The notes: generated by a model not told the origin, from the sequence alone. Numbered from the stretch's first letter, positions 1 through 10,016 are shown. The stretch is 31,320 nucleotides of DNA from Spirogloea muscicola (GCA_009602725.1 WELB01000018.1:617411-648730); one strand, 5' to 3'. Program-made: numbers and translations.

Positions 1-580
1 GGTGTGTGGAAGAAAGAAAAGAGAGGGGACTTCCTAAGAGGGCCCGGTGGCTCTGAAAGTAGACAGGCCAGCCCAAACTGTCAAGGATGGCGGCTGCTTT
101 CCTAAGGGGTGTGATTGGCTGACGCTCTGGCAAGAGAGAAGAGAAACAGTTCATCCACATCAAGTTTGCATAAGCATCAATAACAGATGGTTGGTGACTT
201 CAAAATGATTTGCCTCACTATACATGGATTGACTGCAATTGGCGTTGTGATAGAGCAATGAGCCCATGAAGCCATTCCCAGCAAACCCTCTGTGCAAGAC
301 TGCAGTTCGTACATACGAGCTCGTGCATCTTTCTTGGGTGCACATTCTTGGGGCAAGTAGCTGTGGTTGTTAAAACAGATCCTGCTCTTGGTATGCAATT
401 GGGAATAAATTGATCAAAAGGCAACCAATGTGTTGCAAGATAACAAGTTATCTTGCAACACAAGTGTTGCACTAGCAGCATGTCTACCATCGATGGGTGT
501 GGAGTGAAGCGGAAGCAGCTAAAGTGTCAATGAATGAAGGATGCTGTTATCTTGAAGGGAAGGTATTGCTTGGTGCTAAG

Positions 581-3500
581 CTAAGGTGTTGCTGCTCCTG
601 GCTGTGAGATGCCCACATCGGGCTGCCATGCCGACATTGCGAGCAACGAGCGGTCTTGCCAGCTGAGGATAAGGCTGTTCTCCCCCATCCCGTGCAGCCC
701 ATACCCCTCACGGTACACGGCCAGCAAGCCCTGGTGACTCGCACAGACTGCTCCACATCAGGGGATTATCTCATGCTTTCTTTTTCAAATGGAGATGGGG
801 CAAGTCTCGGTCACTTCTGATTCCATTGTATGATTATACCTATGCAACCATCAACTATTAAGTGCTGCATCTACTTCAGTCAGCGTAGCATCGAATTGCC
901 CATCTTCTCCATGTGAGCACGACTGAAATCAAATGACTGCCAGCTCATGTGGTGGAGGTGCAAACCTGGACAGTAGCCACGACCTTCTCGCTGAGTGGCC
1001 GGCCCACAAAGCCTGCGCGCATGAATCGCCGCTGCCACACGCCGAGTGGCTCCTGCCGCTCCACGCGGTCCTTCCCTTCGCATGCAATGACGTTCACAAT
1101 CGCTCGGCCCAACACCTGCGCATGCCGCCGCCAAAGCTGGCTAAGCTTTGGCTAGCACCTGTCGCTGCAATCTGCCACCACTGGAACTTAGTACTGTCCC
1201 ATTCACAACAGCAGTAAGGATGCTGGGCCACGATGCAAGGCCACGGGGCAGCTAACAGACTCGCTGCTCGTAGAGCCGTCGTTCAGCAATGTAGCGAGGT
1301 ATGGAGGCATCAATGGACTCAAAGACGCCGGCATAGTAGAAGAGCGCCTCGTAGAAGCGAGCAAGGAAGAATGGCGAGTTGGTGTGTGCATTCTGCTCCA
1401 CCAGTGTCACAATCTGCAATCACAGCAATGAGGCCATGACCACCACCATGATCAAACCACTAATCTCTACGGTGCCTCATGCATGCGTCCTGGAAGTGGT
1501 GGCACAATTGCTGACCTGATGCTTGGCGCCTCAGCTCGGGCTAGCAGCGGAGTGCAAGACATTTCTCCTCTTTGCAGAGAATGGCTTCGGCAGCCACAGC
1601 TCTATGGCTTACCGAAGGGTTTAGCTCGCGGATCATCTTCAGAACCCCCTTCCGGGGATTGGATGGTGTTGCCGTCTCATCCAGGAGCTGCACACATGGC
1701 TCTTTGACCACACCACTCAGGTCTAGAAGAATGCAGCATGCTAAATGAGCAAGTAACACAGCCATGTGCTCAGAGCAAGGGATACCACATTCTTGTGGTT
1801 GTCAAGACAGCTGGCTCTGTAGTAGACCTTCATGAGGTGATGTGTCCGTGCCAAGCAAGGTGGGCGAGAGAGCCTTCGGTGAAGCTTGGGCGTACCTGAT
1901 GGAGGCGCAGGGAACAATTGACAGCAAGGACCTCGTTGGCCCGCAGCGTGATCATGCTCGCCTTGACGCGGTCGATGCGCTGCCCAATTGCCTGGTACTC
2001 GAATGGTACCTTGCACACTGCAGCCACAGACTGCAGCCGCCAACCCCAACAGTCAATCCCACCACCCTTCCCGAGTATCAGCGCATCTGCGGTGAAGCAG
2101 CACTGCAAGATTGGCAAGGCGAAGGAATAGTTGCGCCTGCAGTCTTTGGGTGGCCTTCTTCTTGGGCTCATCACAAGTGTGGCTAGGCAAGCTACAGTCA
2201 GCGCATGTGGTCTCCACACAACAGTGGGATTTTTACATTCTTGCTGACGCTTTACATTGACAGGACCTCCATCAGTGCAGATTAGCCCGTTGACCTACCT
2301 GCTGCAGGCTTTTTGTGAACATTCTCCAATTGGGACGGCAAGGACGAACTGTAGGTGGGTGGGATCATGATGGCATGGACACTGAGTGTGCTTGAGGGAT
2401 GAGTGGAACCTTGAGCCGCTCGCCGGCCTCGAGGATGCAGTAGGCGCGCAAGTTGTGAAGCGCGGGCAGGTCGATGGCGGTCATCCGCAGGCACGGCGGG
2501 CCACCGGGCCTGGCAGCCAGGGCCTGCGATGGAAGTGGCGATTGCAACCCATGTCAGCCTCAGCCAGCATGACAGCCCAACCGTGCCTGCTGAGCTTATG
2601 GCCGCCAAGCTCCTGCTGTGGTCAACGCCAGCAGGTGGACCTGTATCATGGAGGGCCACTGAATAGCGTGGCCGATGCCAAAGTCGACAATGTGGACATG
2701 TGATGCGCCCTCAAAGGCCTCCAAGATTGCGCTGTTGGCCGCCACCTGGCCAAACGTCAGGTAGGGGCTTGCCATGACCAGCACCTGCAAGCTCGTCAGA
2801 ATGGCAGCGGAGACGGGCTGTCAGGTCTCCAGGAGCCTTCAGAATATGCCGCTAATGGCGGCAGCAACAGTGTGGCTATCGGCAATGGTGGCAGCACAAC
2901 GGAGGAACCTGGAAGGCCTCCATGATCTGGCGGCCACAGTCGGGCTCATGGAACTCGAGCGGCACGTCGGCCTCACTGCACTCGTCAATCGACTTGCCGC
3001 CGCTACTCGTTCGTGCGACCAGGCCCTCCAGGAAGTAAGCGCAGAGGCGCTGGGAGGCATCCCCGTACACGGATGCCACCTCGTTGACGTCCGCCATGAG
3101 CCGCTGCACGGCGACGGGGTCGCCCTCCACAATCGCATGCGCAACAGCCACGAGCATCTGGATCGCGCCGCCTGTAGCAGCGCCTGCCAGCGGAGGCTGC
3201 GACGAGGGCACTTGAGGCAATGGTGGCGGCGGAGGAGCCGGCGCAGGTGGCGGCATGGGCGACTGCCCGACTGGAGCGTCTGTCGCGGCCGCTGCCGGTG
3301 CTGACGGAGGCACCAGCGCTGGGGGGGGCGGAGGCAGCAGGAGGTCGTCGAGGTCGTCGAAGGCGGGGACGAGCCAATCGAGGCCACGGAGGAAGTCCTC
3401 CTCGGTGACGTCCATGGCCGGCGCCTGCGCCGAGCTGACGAAGCGGTTGGGGGGGTCGTCGAGCATGTCCTGCATGACCAGCTCGCTGGAGGCACCGGCA

Positions 3501-3823
3501 TGGCCGGCCCAGCGCTCGTCGAGCGAGCTTTCGGCGGTCGTCGACTCCGCCGCCGTCGTCGAGCTGTCCGCGCTGGGCGCCGTGACGCGCTGCCACAGCA
3601 CCTCCAGGTCCCGGGCCAGCTGCGCAGACGGCCAGCTGCCATCGCCACCGCCGCCACGCCCCTGACCACCGCCGCTGCGGCCGGGCACCGCCGCTGCAGG
3701 CAGCGGCGGTCGACCTCCAGCGCTGGGCGCCGCCTCGAGCACCGGCGGCGGCCGGCCCCAACTGGCCAACGCCGAGGCGACGGAGGTTTCCCTCTCCACG
3801 CTTGGCAGCTTCGCCGCCGACAT
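581..3823 (-). CDS. GRAS-family transcription factor, ~611 aa, no DELLA motif. Exons 2909-3823, 2641-2784, 2410-2523, 1896-2030, 1613-1687, 1261-1413, 966-1115, 581-730
   Basis: Spliced translation gives all GRAS motifs in order: LHRI (GDASQRLCAYFLEGL), VHIVDFGIGHAIQWPSMIQALAARPGGPP, EVLAVNCSLRLHQLLDET, PFFLARFYEALFYY, NVIACEGKDRVERQE, LILSWQDRSLLAMSAW. All seven introns are GT-AG and keep frame; stop TAG at 581-583. The ATG at 3823 is tentative because the frame stays open upstream. Confidence 0.93.
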
Positions 3824-3910
3824 CGCAGGCGCCGTCCCTTCGCCGCGGGGCGAAGGCGTCGGGCAGCTCGACGCGACGCTAGAGGGGCTGACGATCGGGT
3901 TGCCAACGTC

Positions 3911-3966
3911 GCCGCCGCCGCCGCCGCCGCTGCCGCCGCCGCCATCGCCGCCGCCGCTGTCGCTGT
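3911..3966. repeat. (GCC)n-rich microsatellite at the GRAS/MEMO1 boundary
   Basis: gccgccgccgccgccgccgctgccgccgccgccatcgccgccgccgctgtcgctgt, read directly. Confidence 0.85.
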
Positions 3967-4016
3967 CGCAGCACTGCTCGGTGTCGTTGATTCGCTGTGG
4001 CACCGCCGGGATGCAG

Positions 4017-4624
4017 CTTCGGGTACACGCGGCAGGGGAAGAAGGGCGTGCCGACGTACGCGGCGATTGAGGAGCTGGACCGGCGCGGGATGGCGGTGAT
4101 CGAGGCCGGCGACGCGGCCGCCTTCGCCGCCTACCTGCGCGAGACGGAGAACACGATCTGCGGCCGCCACCCCATCGCCGTCCTCCTGCAGGTGCGCTCC
4201 GTCCCCTTGCCGCTTCCCCTTGTTCCGTCAATCAGGACCAGATAACAGAAATTGTTTCTTATGACAGCTTCTATTGTGATGGCGAGGCTTCCTCTTGCTT
4301 CTTGCGGCACGCAGTCACTGCTTATTGCTCTGGCAAAGGACAGCAATCAGAGATATGCAGCAAAGCACAATGCTGATATTGCAGTCACGTGATGTCTCCA
4401 GTGTTGGTAATTGAAGACACTTTCCACAGAACCTCGTAACACTGCTGGCGTGTCTGCCTGCGCAGGCCGTGTCCAGCTGCCGAGCGGAGCTGCGGACAAG
4501 GTTCGTGCGGTACGAGCAGTCAAGCCGGTGCCGCACCCTCCGCGACAGCAGCGTGAGCTATGCGTCGGCCGTGACCACCACCTCCGCCGCCATTACCGAC
4601 GCACCCAGTGTTGCCGCCAACTAG
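4017..4624 (+). CDS. MEMO1: MEMO1-family protein, last two exons only (4017-4191, 4466-4624)
   Basis: FGYTR...[44 protein letters not shown] spliced (GT 4192, AG 4465) to ...[24 protein letters not shown]...*. NTICGRHPI and [13 protein letters not shown] are hallmark MEMO1 C-terminal motifs. Upstream exons are not found in the window. Confidence 0.88.
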
Positions 4625-5092
4625 GGCAGCNTGCCGCCGCGGCGGCGGGAGCGGTCCGGCCGCGCGGCCGCCATGGCGGCGGCGCGAGCTGGCCCGACCG
4701 CGGGGGCTGGTTGGCGGCTCGCAGTCAGCGGGGGGGGGGCTCTGGAAAAAGCAATCACGTGGCGCAGGCCGGGCAGCTCCCCCCGCCCTGCCCGTGGCCC
4801 GCGGGCAGCCGCGCCGGAGTGCGCCCCATCTCCGGGCAGGCCACACAATCTTCGTTTCTCCGCTCACTCCCTGCCCGCGGGTAGCGCTGACTCTTTTCCA
4901 AGGCTGCCCGCCCTGGGCCCCCGGGGGCCGGTGGCGCCCGGGGCAGGTGGCTCCTGCCCCGCACGGTCGGACCTCCCTGGGCCAGACGGGCTAACTTGAC
5001 GGCGCCCCGTCAGAAGGCTCCCCTGGAGAGCATCTGCCTGGCCGGTGTGGTGCCCAGGAAGTTTCCCTCGGCCCCCGACAAAGAAATGGCCG

Positions 5093-5111
5093 TGACGTCA
5101 CAGTGACGTCA
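5093..5111. promoter_or_regulatory. Two adjacent TGACGTCA (bZIP C-box/CRE-type) palindromes at the end of a GC-rich island
   Basis: gTGACGTCAcagTGACGTCAg. Function is inferred only. Confidence 0.35.
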
Positions 5112-5239
5112 GGGTCAGTAGGCACTGCCTCCTCTGATAGATACGTCAGTGGGAGCCGTCACCCAATCGTCACCTCTAAGCTCATTCGATTCTGGCGGCG
5201 AATGCTCGGCTTGGGACGACACTGTGCCACGGCCGAGAA

Positions 5240-5690
5240 GCAGTCCCTGGCTCACGCAGTCCACTCGCGAGCTGGCCGCGCTATGGCTGCTGCATCGGGG
5301 TCTAGGCGGAGTGCCTCTTTCCCAGCTCCTAGTTACTCCGACTTGCTGCTGCTCACTCGTGGTTACTGAGCTTCCCTCTGCATCGTCTCGTCTCTTGCTG
5401 TGTAGTTTCTCTTTTCGGCACCTTTTCTTTGGCTCTTTGGATTCTGTCCATTCTTTTCGGGCTGGCATTTGCCAGCCCCGCTTCTCTATGGGCGATCAAA
5501 TTAGTCTTTCGTAGTACTTGTTGTGTGCTCCAGCGTTTTTTGCCCCTTCCGGATTATTATTTTCTTATGGGCTGGCTATTCACAGCCCTCGCCCCCTTTG
5601 GAAGAGAACAGACCCCTTCGGAAAGAAAGTGCTCGCCCATAGAGAAGAGCTCTTTGGAAGAGCTCACTTTTCTTAACCAAGAGTCTTGAC
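5240..5690 (+). mobile_element. 3' ends of the RLE-type (CRE-like) non-LTR retrotransposon: ORF tail ...SDLLLLTRGY* plus 3' UTR with two stem-loop copies
   Basis: The tail QSLAHAVHSRAGRAMAA...SDLLLLTRGY* (stop at 5369) is homologous to 24253-24615. GGGCTGG..CAGCCC hairpins at 5459-5478 and 5569-5588. Confidence 0.75.
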
Positions 5691-5693
5691 AAC

Positions 5694-5934
5694 TGTCATG
5701 CCACAGGGCGTCGACTGCCAGATAGCGTCGAGAAGTCAGATTAGTACGGAAGCAGGCAACAAATCAGCCTCGCATGGTGGGGTACTCAATGAAGTGAGGT
5801 GAAAAGTAGGTCTACGAGAATTAAGTAGCTAAATCGATATTGTAAGAAAACAACAGAACAGAAACTAATAGAATAGGAGTAACCAACAGATGATGTGGTT
5901 GGCAGTAGAGAACTTGGAATTGAATGAACAATTT
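5694..5934 (-). mobile_element. Probable ~237-bp LTR, an inverted copy of the LTR at 6532-6855
   Basis: The reverse complement aligns with 6528-6855 once the insertion is removed. On the minus strand it runs TGTTCA (5930) ... ATGACA (5694), giving TG..CA ends. Confidence 0.65.
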
Positions 5935-6530
5935 CAATAGGTGGCTCAATGTTTGTATTGAGCGCGGCAAATTGTTCAAGAGGCATATGCCAATCGCAAT
6001 GGACAAATTACTCATTGCTCAGCATCGTGACACGCAGCGCTATGCCAACATTCGTAGTGGATGCTGCAAGCCCAAACCTTCAGTTAGTCACGTCGGTGAC
6101 TATGTAAATCTCAAGGTCACTCCTAAGCATGGCTTGGATGTTACTGCCGGTCCATACATATGTAAGGTTGTTGGCAACAACTCCTCCGGCGTTGTTCACC
6201 TTCAGGGGTCTTGTGGCAGGTCTGGTGGCAGATGTAAATTTCTGATCACATTCAGAATGTTTCTCCCTGTCATCTAACTAATATTGATCCTACTATAGAA
6301 TCGTACCCAGCAGTGGGTATCTGTCCACTTTTCATGCGAAGTCTGCACTCGGAAAGACCAAGCTGCAGCAATGTTATTATTTATTACATGTAATCGAGGG
6401 TGGCATATCCATTTTTTAACACCACCGCTCACGAGCAAACCTTCAGATGACTGGTTTTGCAGAAATTGTCTGGGTTCAAACCCAACTCCTTCGCCTGTTC
6501 CAGGACTTGCAGTTGGGGGAAGGGAATAAA
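5935..6530 (+). mobile_element. Degenerate Ty3/Gypsy integrase C-terminus with a PHD finger, followed by a polypurine tract
   Basis: AMDKLLIAQHRDTQRYANIRSG..VGDYVNLK..SGVVHLQG..NVSPCHL, then frameshifted CEVCTRKDQAAAMLL..CNRGWHIHFLTPPLTSKPSDDWFCRNC (decayed PHD pattern). GGGGGAAGGGAATAAA lies just before TG at 6532. Confidence 0.75.
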
Positions 6531-6531
6531 T

Positions 6532-6855
6532 TGTTCAATTCATTCCAAGTTCTCTTTTGTCAACCACATCATCTGTAAGAAGAAGGCTCGCCCATAGAGA
6601 AAGAGGGGCTGGCAAAGCCAGCCCAAAAAGAATGGACAATGTCCAAAGCCGAAGAATGAGCCGAAGCCGAAGAATCTGTTGGTTACTCCTATTCTATAAT
6701 TTTCTGTTCTGATTGTTTTCTCTCAATATCGATTTGGCTACTTAAATCTCGAGACCTACTTCTCACCTCATTTCACTGAGTACCCCACCATGCGAGGCTG
6801 ATTTGTTGCCTGCTTCCTTACTAATCTGGAGGCTGGCAGTGAACGCCCTGCTTGG
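6532..6855 (+). mobile_element. 3' LTR of the PHD-integrase element, interrupted by a 97-bp insertion
   Basis: Begins with TG right after the PPT and matches 5701-5930 in inverted orientation. Confidence 0.65.
6577..6673 (-). mobile_element. 97-bp 5'-truncated LINE 3' end with a 6-bp target-site duplication (ATCTGT)
   Basis: ATCTGT occurs at 6571-6576 and 6674-6679, while the uninterrupted LTR copy has it once. The insert matches 25431-25507 and contains the GGGCTGGC/GCCAGCCC hairpin. Confidence 0.85.
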
Positions 6856-7112
6856 AGCGCCTAAACGTTTCAATCCGGCTCGGCGTCGGAGCATCATCCT
6901 GATCCGGCGCCAGCGCCTCGCCCATCAACGGTGCGTAGGCTCCTTCGCCGTCACGGTCAATCCGTGCCTCACGCATCGCATTGCCCTCTTACCACCTTCA
7001 CCACACAAAGCCCCGATTTATTAACGCCCACGAAGAACGTCGAAGGCGTGATGTGCCTCGATGAGCCGTGAGGAACCGGGGGCAGTGGTGGGGAATTGGT
7101 AGCGGAGGAGAG

Positions 7113-7295
7113 TGTATTAAGAGATGGAGGGCCATGTGTGGCCAAGTACAAAGGTAAGCACATTGACAAATGTACGTCACCCTGCTGCTAAGCTGACCCG
7201 CTCAGTAACCACGAGTCAGCACATAGAGGTCACTAACTGATGCCCGGATACCGGACGGCACTCGACAACCTCTAGAGCTACCAGCGAAGGCTTGG
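7113..7295 (-). mobile_element. LINE 3' end (...PSGIRASVSDLYVLTRGY* plus 3' UTR), same subfamily as the 24530-24707 copy
   Basis: The reverse complement aligns closely with 24555-24707, including ctgactcgtggttactgagcgggtcagcttagcagcagg. Confidence 0.8.
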
Positions 7296-8198
7296 TAGGT
7301 AGCGGTAGAAGCGAGTCTCGGGCTCCACTGGCCCGGGGAACCCAGACGGGCCAAATGGCCCACCCCAACGAGCACTTCTCTCAACGAACAATGTAATTCT
7401 TTACCTGACCAAGCATAAAGAAAAGCGCGGCCGAATTGACTGGTGGCTGGGAGAAGCCAGCCCAAAAGGAATGGACAAGGTCAAGAGGAGCCGCATGGCG
7501 CAGAAAGCAGGGGACTAAGTGCTAAGACGACAAGGAGGCATAAAGGGTGTGGAGGGCCGGGGCCGAGCAATTCGCTTGGTCAAGTCTCTCCCTTTGGCTG
7601 TTGCCGACCTTTGCCGCCGCCGCTGCCGCTGCCGCCGCCGCTGCTGGTGCCGCTGCCCAGTAAGCGTAGCGCGCGCAACCAGGGCTACGCCAAGAAGGCG
7701 TGGGCACAGGCACAGGACACAGACCTGCAGAGAGCCTTACTCCGACGAGCCCCGCATCCGGTCGCGTCAGACCGGGCGCGCACTTGGTAAGCCGCGAGCA
7801 TCGCGACCTTGTGCGAAACTGCCTCCAAGCCTAATCTTGGACCTTCAGAGAGCCTTGGCAAATATACGCAAGCGATTCTCATTGTGCTCCATTGCATCTA
7901 CTGCATTGTGAGCTTGTTTCATTCCGATCTCGCCATTGTAACTGTCTTTTGTGGGAGTTTGTCCTTTGGACATTTCCCGGCTCGGTTCGGTTACCTGGGT
8001 TAGTGCCCAAAACGTTCGCTGTCACTGTCACTACATTGATCCGTGGTTACTGTTCCGATTATCGATCCGTTACTGTTCTTTGAAACCCTCTCTGAGGGTA
8101 CTCCGTTGACAAAGGAAACTCTCTTTGAGGGTACTTTTTGGCTCGTTCTGGTTTCTTGTTCACACTTTGCTTGTGGCTTGTCCTTCCGATCCCGTTTT

Positions 8199-8607
8199 AC
8201 TTGACCAAGCGAATTGCTCGGCCCCTTGGCGATTGAACTGTGCGTACGATTCCGAAAGTAGTCAACAGGTACGACCTCCTTGCCAGCATCCAGAGCCATG
8301 TATGGGAAGTAGTTGGGAGGTCGTTGCTGCATGTCGATGGAGCGTTGGATCATCTGGGCTGGGGCGAGGTTAGTCCAATGAACCCTCTTCCGGTCAGCTA
8401 GGGATCCCAAAATTGCGTCCAGAATCGTGTAAGGCCCCAGGATGTCACAAATTGTTTGGAAGTCGAACCTGGCAAAATTGTGGGTCTCCTTGGGCTCTAC
8501 GTTCTCAATATCATAACCAAATTGGAGAAGCCGGGCGCCGGGCGCGTACGTTGTGCATGAATTTCACCAAGGATATGAATAATCCACTGGAGGGCTGCCT
8601 GAACCCT
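8199..8607 (-). pseudogene. Inverted, frameshifted duplicate of the distal part of the DNA-methyltransferase fragment
   Basis: The reverse complement aligns with 8725-9130 at roughly 93-95% identity by eye, with small indels. Confidence 0.9.
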
Positions 8608-8608
8608 A

Positions 8609-9163
8609 CTGCCTCAGGACATCCAAGAAGCTGCCAAGCCCGAATTGCTCAGACGTTTGCCCAAAGTGGACCTCCTCATTTCGGGAATTCCTTGTCAGGG
8701 CTTCAGTGCTCTCGGTTCCAGCAGAGGGTTCAGGCAGCCCTCCAGTGGATTATTCATATCCTTGGTGAAATTCATGCACAACGTACGAGCTCGGCAGCTT
8801 CTCCAATTTGGTTATACTGTTGAGAACGTAGAGCCCAAGGAAACCCACAATTTTGCCAGGTTCGACTTCCAAACAATTTGTGACATCCTGGGGCCCTACA
8901 CGATTCTGGACGCAGCAATTTTGGGACCCCTAGCTGACCGGAAGAGGGTTCATTGGACTAACCTCGCCCCAGCCCAGATGATCCAACGCTGCATCGACAT
9001 GCAGCAACGACCTCCCAATTTCTTCGCATACATGGCTCTGGATGCTGGCAAGGAGGTCGTACCTGTTGACTACATTCGGAATCGTACGCACAACTTCAAT
9101 GGCCAAGGGTCCGAGCAATTCGCTTGGTCATGGCCACTTGGTCATGGCCACTTGCTCTGCTGA
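8609..9163 (+). pseudogene. C5 cytosine DNA methyltransferase fragment (motifs IV, VI, VIII; DNMT3/DRM-like), intronless, probably retrotransposon-borne
   Basis: LPQDIQE..LPKVDLLISGIPCQGFSALG (catalytic PC), SGLF, YTVENVEP (ENV), LDAAILGPLADRKRVHWTNL (RxR..W.N). Motif I and a start codon are missing, and the fragment sits in TE debris. Confidence 0.85.
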
Positions 9164-10016
9164 GTTATTAGCCCCTAATCAACGCCCGCAAGTTGCTGAT
9201 AAGGAAGGGAAGGAATCAGCTTGCCTCCATCCCGAGGAGGCGGCCAAGCCACCTCTCTCGGCCGTCACCTGCAAGGATCCCACTGCACGTCTCTGACAAC
9301 CTCTGCGGTCAGTGAGGCGATGAGCACAAAAGCACGGGGCACATATTCCCACCGCTTCCTCTCATGTCATCACGAGGCTCATCATACTCGCTCCAATCGC
9401 ACCCCTAGGTTGACTTCCACAGCGGCTGCACCACATAGAACTTAGCATCCCAGCGCAACCAAACCGTTCGTGCTATATTGCTGGTGCTGCTGCTGGTAGC
9501 AGCGCCAGATACCTGCATAGCGCAATAGTCATTTTCATGGGGCCCACGTGGTCTGCCATCGCTGACCACTTCTCAGGAGGTGCAACAAGTTACGGGAAAA
9601 GTTCCTCATCTTAGACTTGGCCTCTGCTGAGCACATAGAGCAGCTTCACAAGGTCAGTCCGATTCTTAATGAGGCTCTATATCCCCCAGCTGTCAGGAGG
9701 TGCAATTAAAGCTGTCAGGGGTGCAATCTATGCCCCCCGCCTGCTTCACCGTTGAGCGAGTGGGAGGTGAAGCAGACTGTATGCTAAGCCAGGTGATGAC
9801 AGCAAAGCAAAGCTGATGGCGTCAATCCTACTTCGGCAATGGCGGTCGACTACGCAGTAAGCTGTAGCTGTAACCAGGTCCCAGGAGGCTCTTCTAGAGC
9901 TCTACCAAGCACCCTTGAATCTCTGAAGCTAGCAGGTCAAGTACGTGCAACCTCAGTGCCTGCACGACCGGGCAATGCCCAATGGCGTGCCACACTGATG
10001 TGACCAAGAGGCCACC

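Noticed and set aside
2774..4170. Long overlapping ORFs in other frames (2839-4170, 3003-3761, 3500-4099 and others)
   Set aside because: They are Arg/Ala/Pro-rich shadows of the GC-rich GRAS exon 1 with no domain motifs.
3824..4231. N-terminal extension of the GRAS ORF to 4231
   Set aside because: It has a non-ATG start, and most of it is the antisense of the MEMO1 exon.
5701..6855. Pack-MULE/TIR transposon carrying a captured PHD fragment
   Set aside because: No TSD is visible, and the PPT plus TG..CA ends fit an LTR better.
8634..9127. Short inverted repeat (CCAAGCCCGAATTGCTC / GAGCAATTCGCTTGG) as TIRs around the DNMT
   Set aside because: The left copy lies inside continuous DNMT coding sequence (KPELL) and there is no TSD; probably coincidence.
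9576..9652. Exon-like segment (RCNKLREKFLILDLASAEHIEQLHK) between AG and GT
   Set aside because: No partner exons or recognisable homology.
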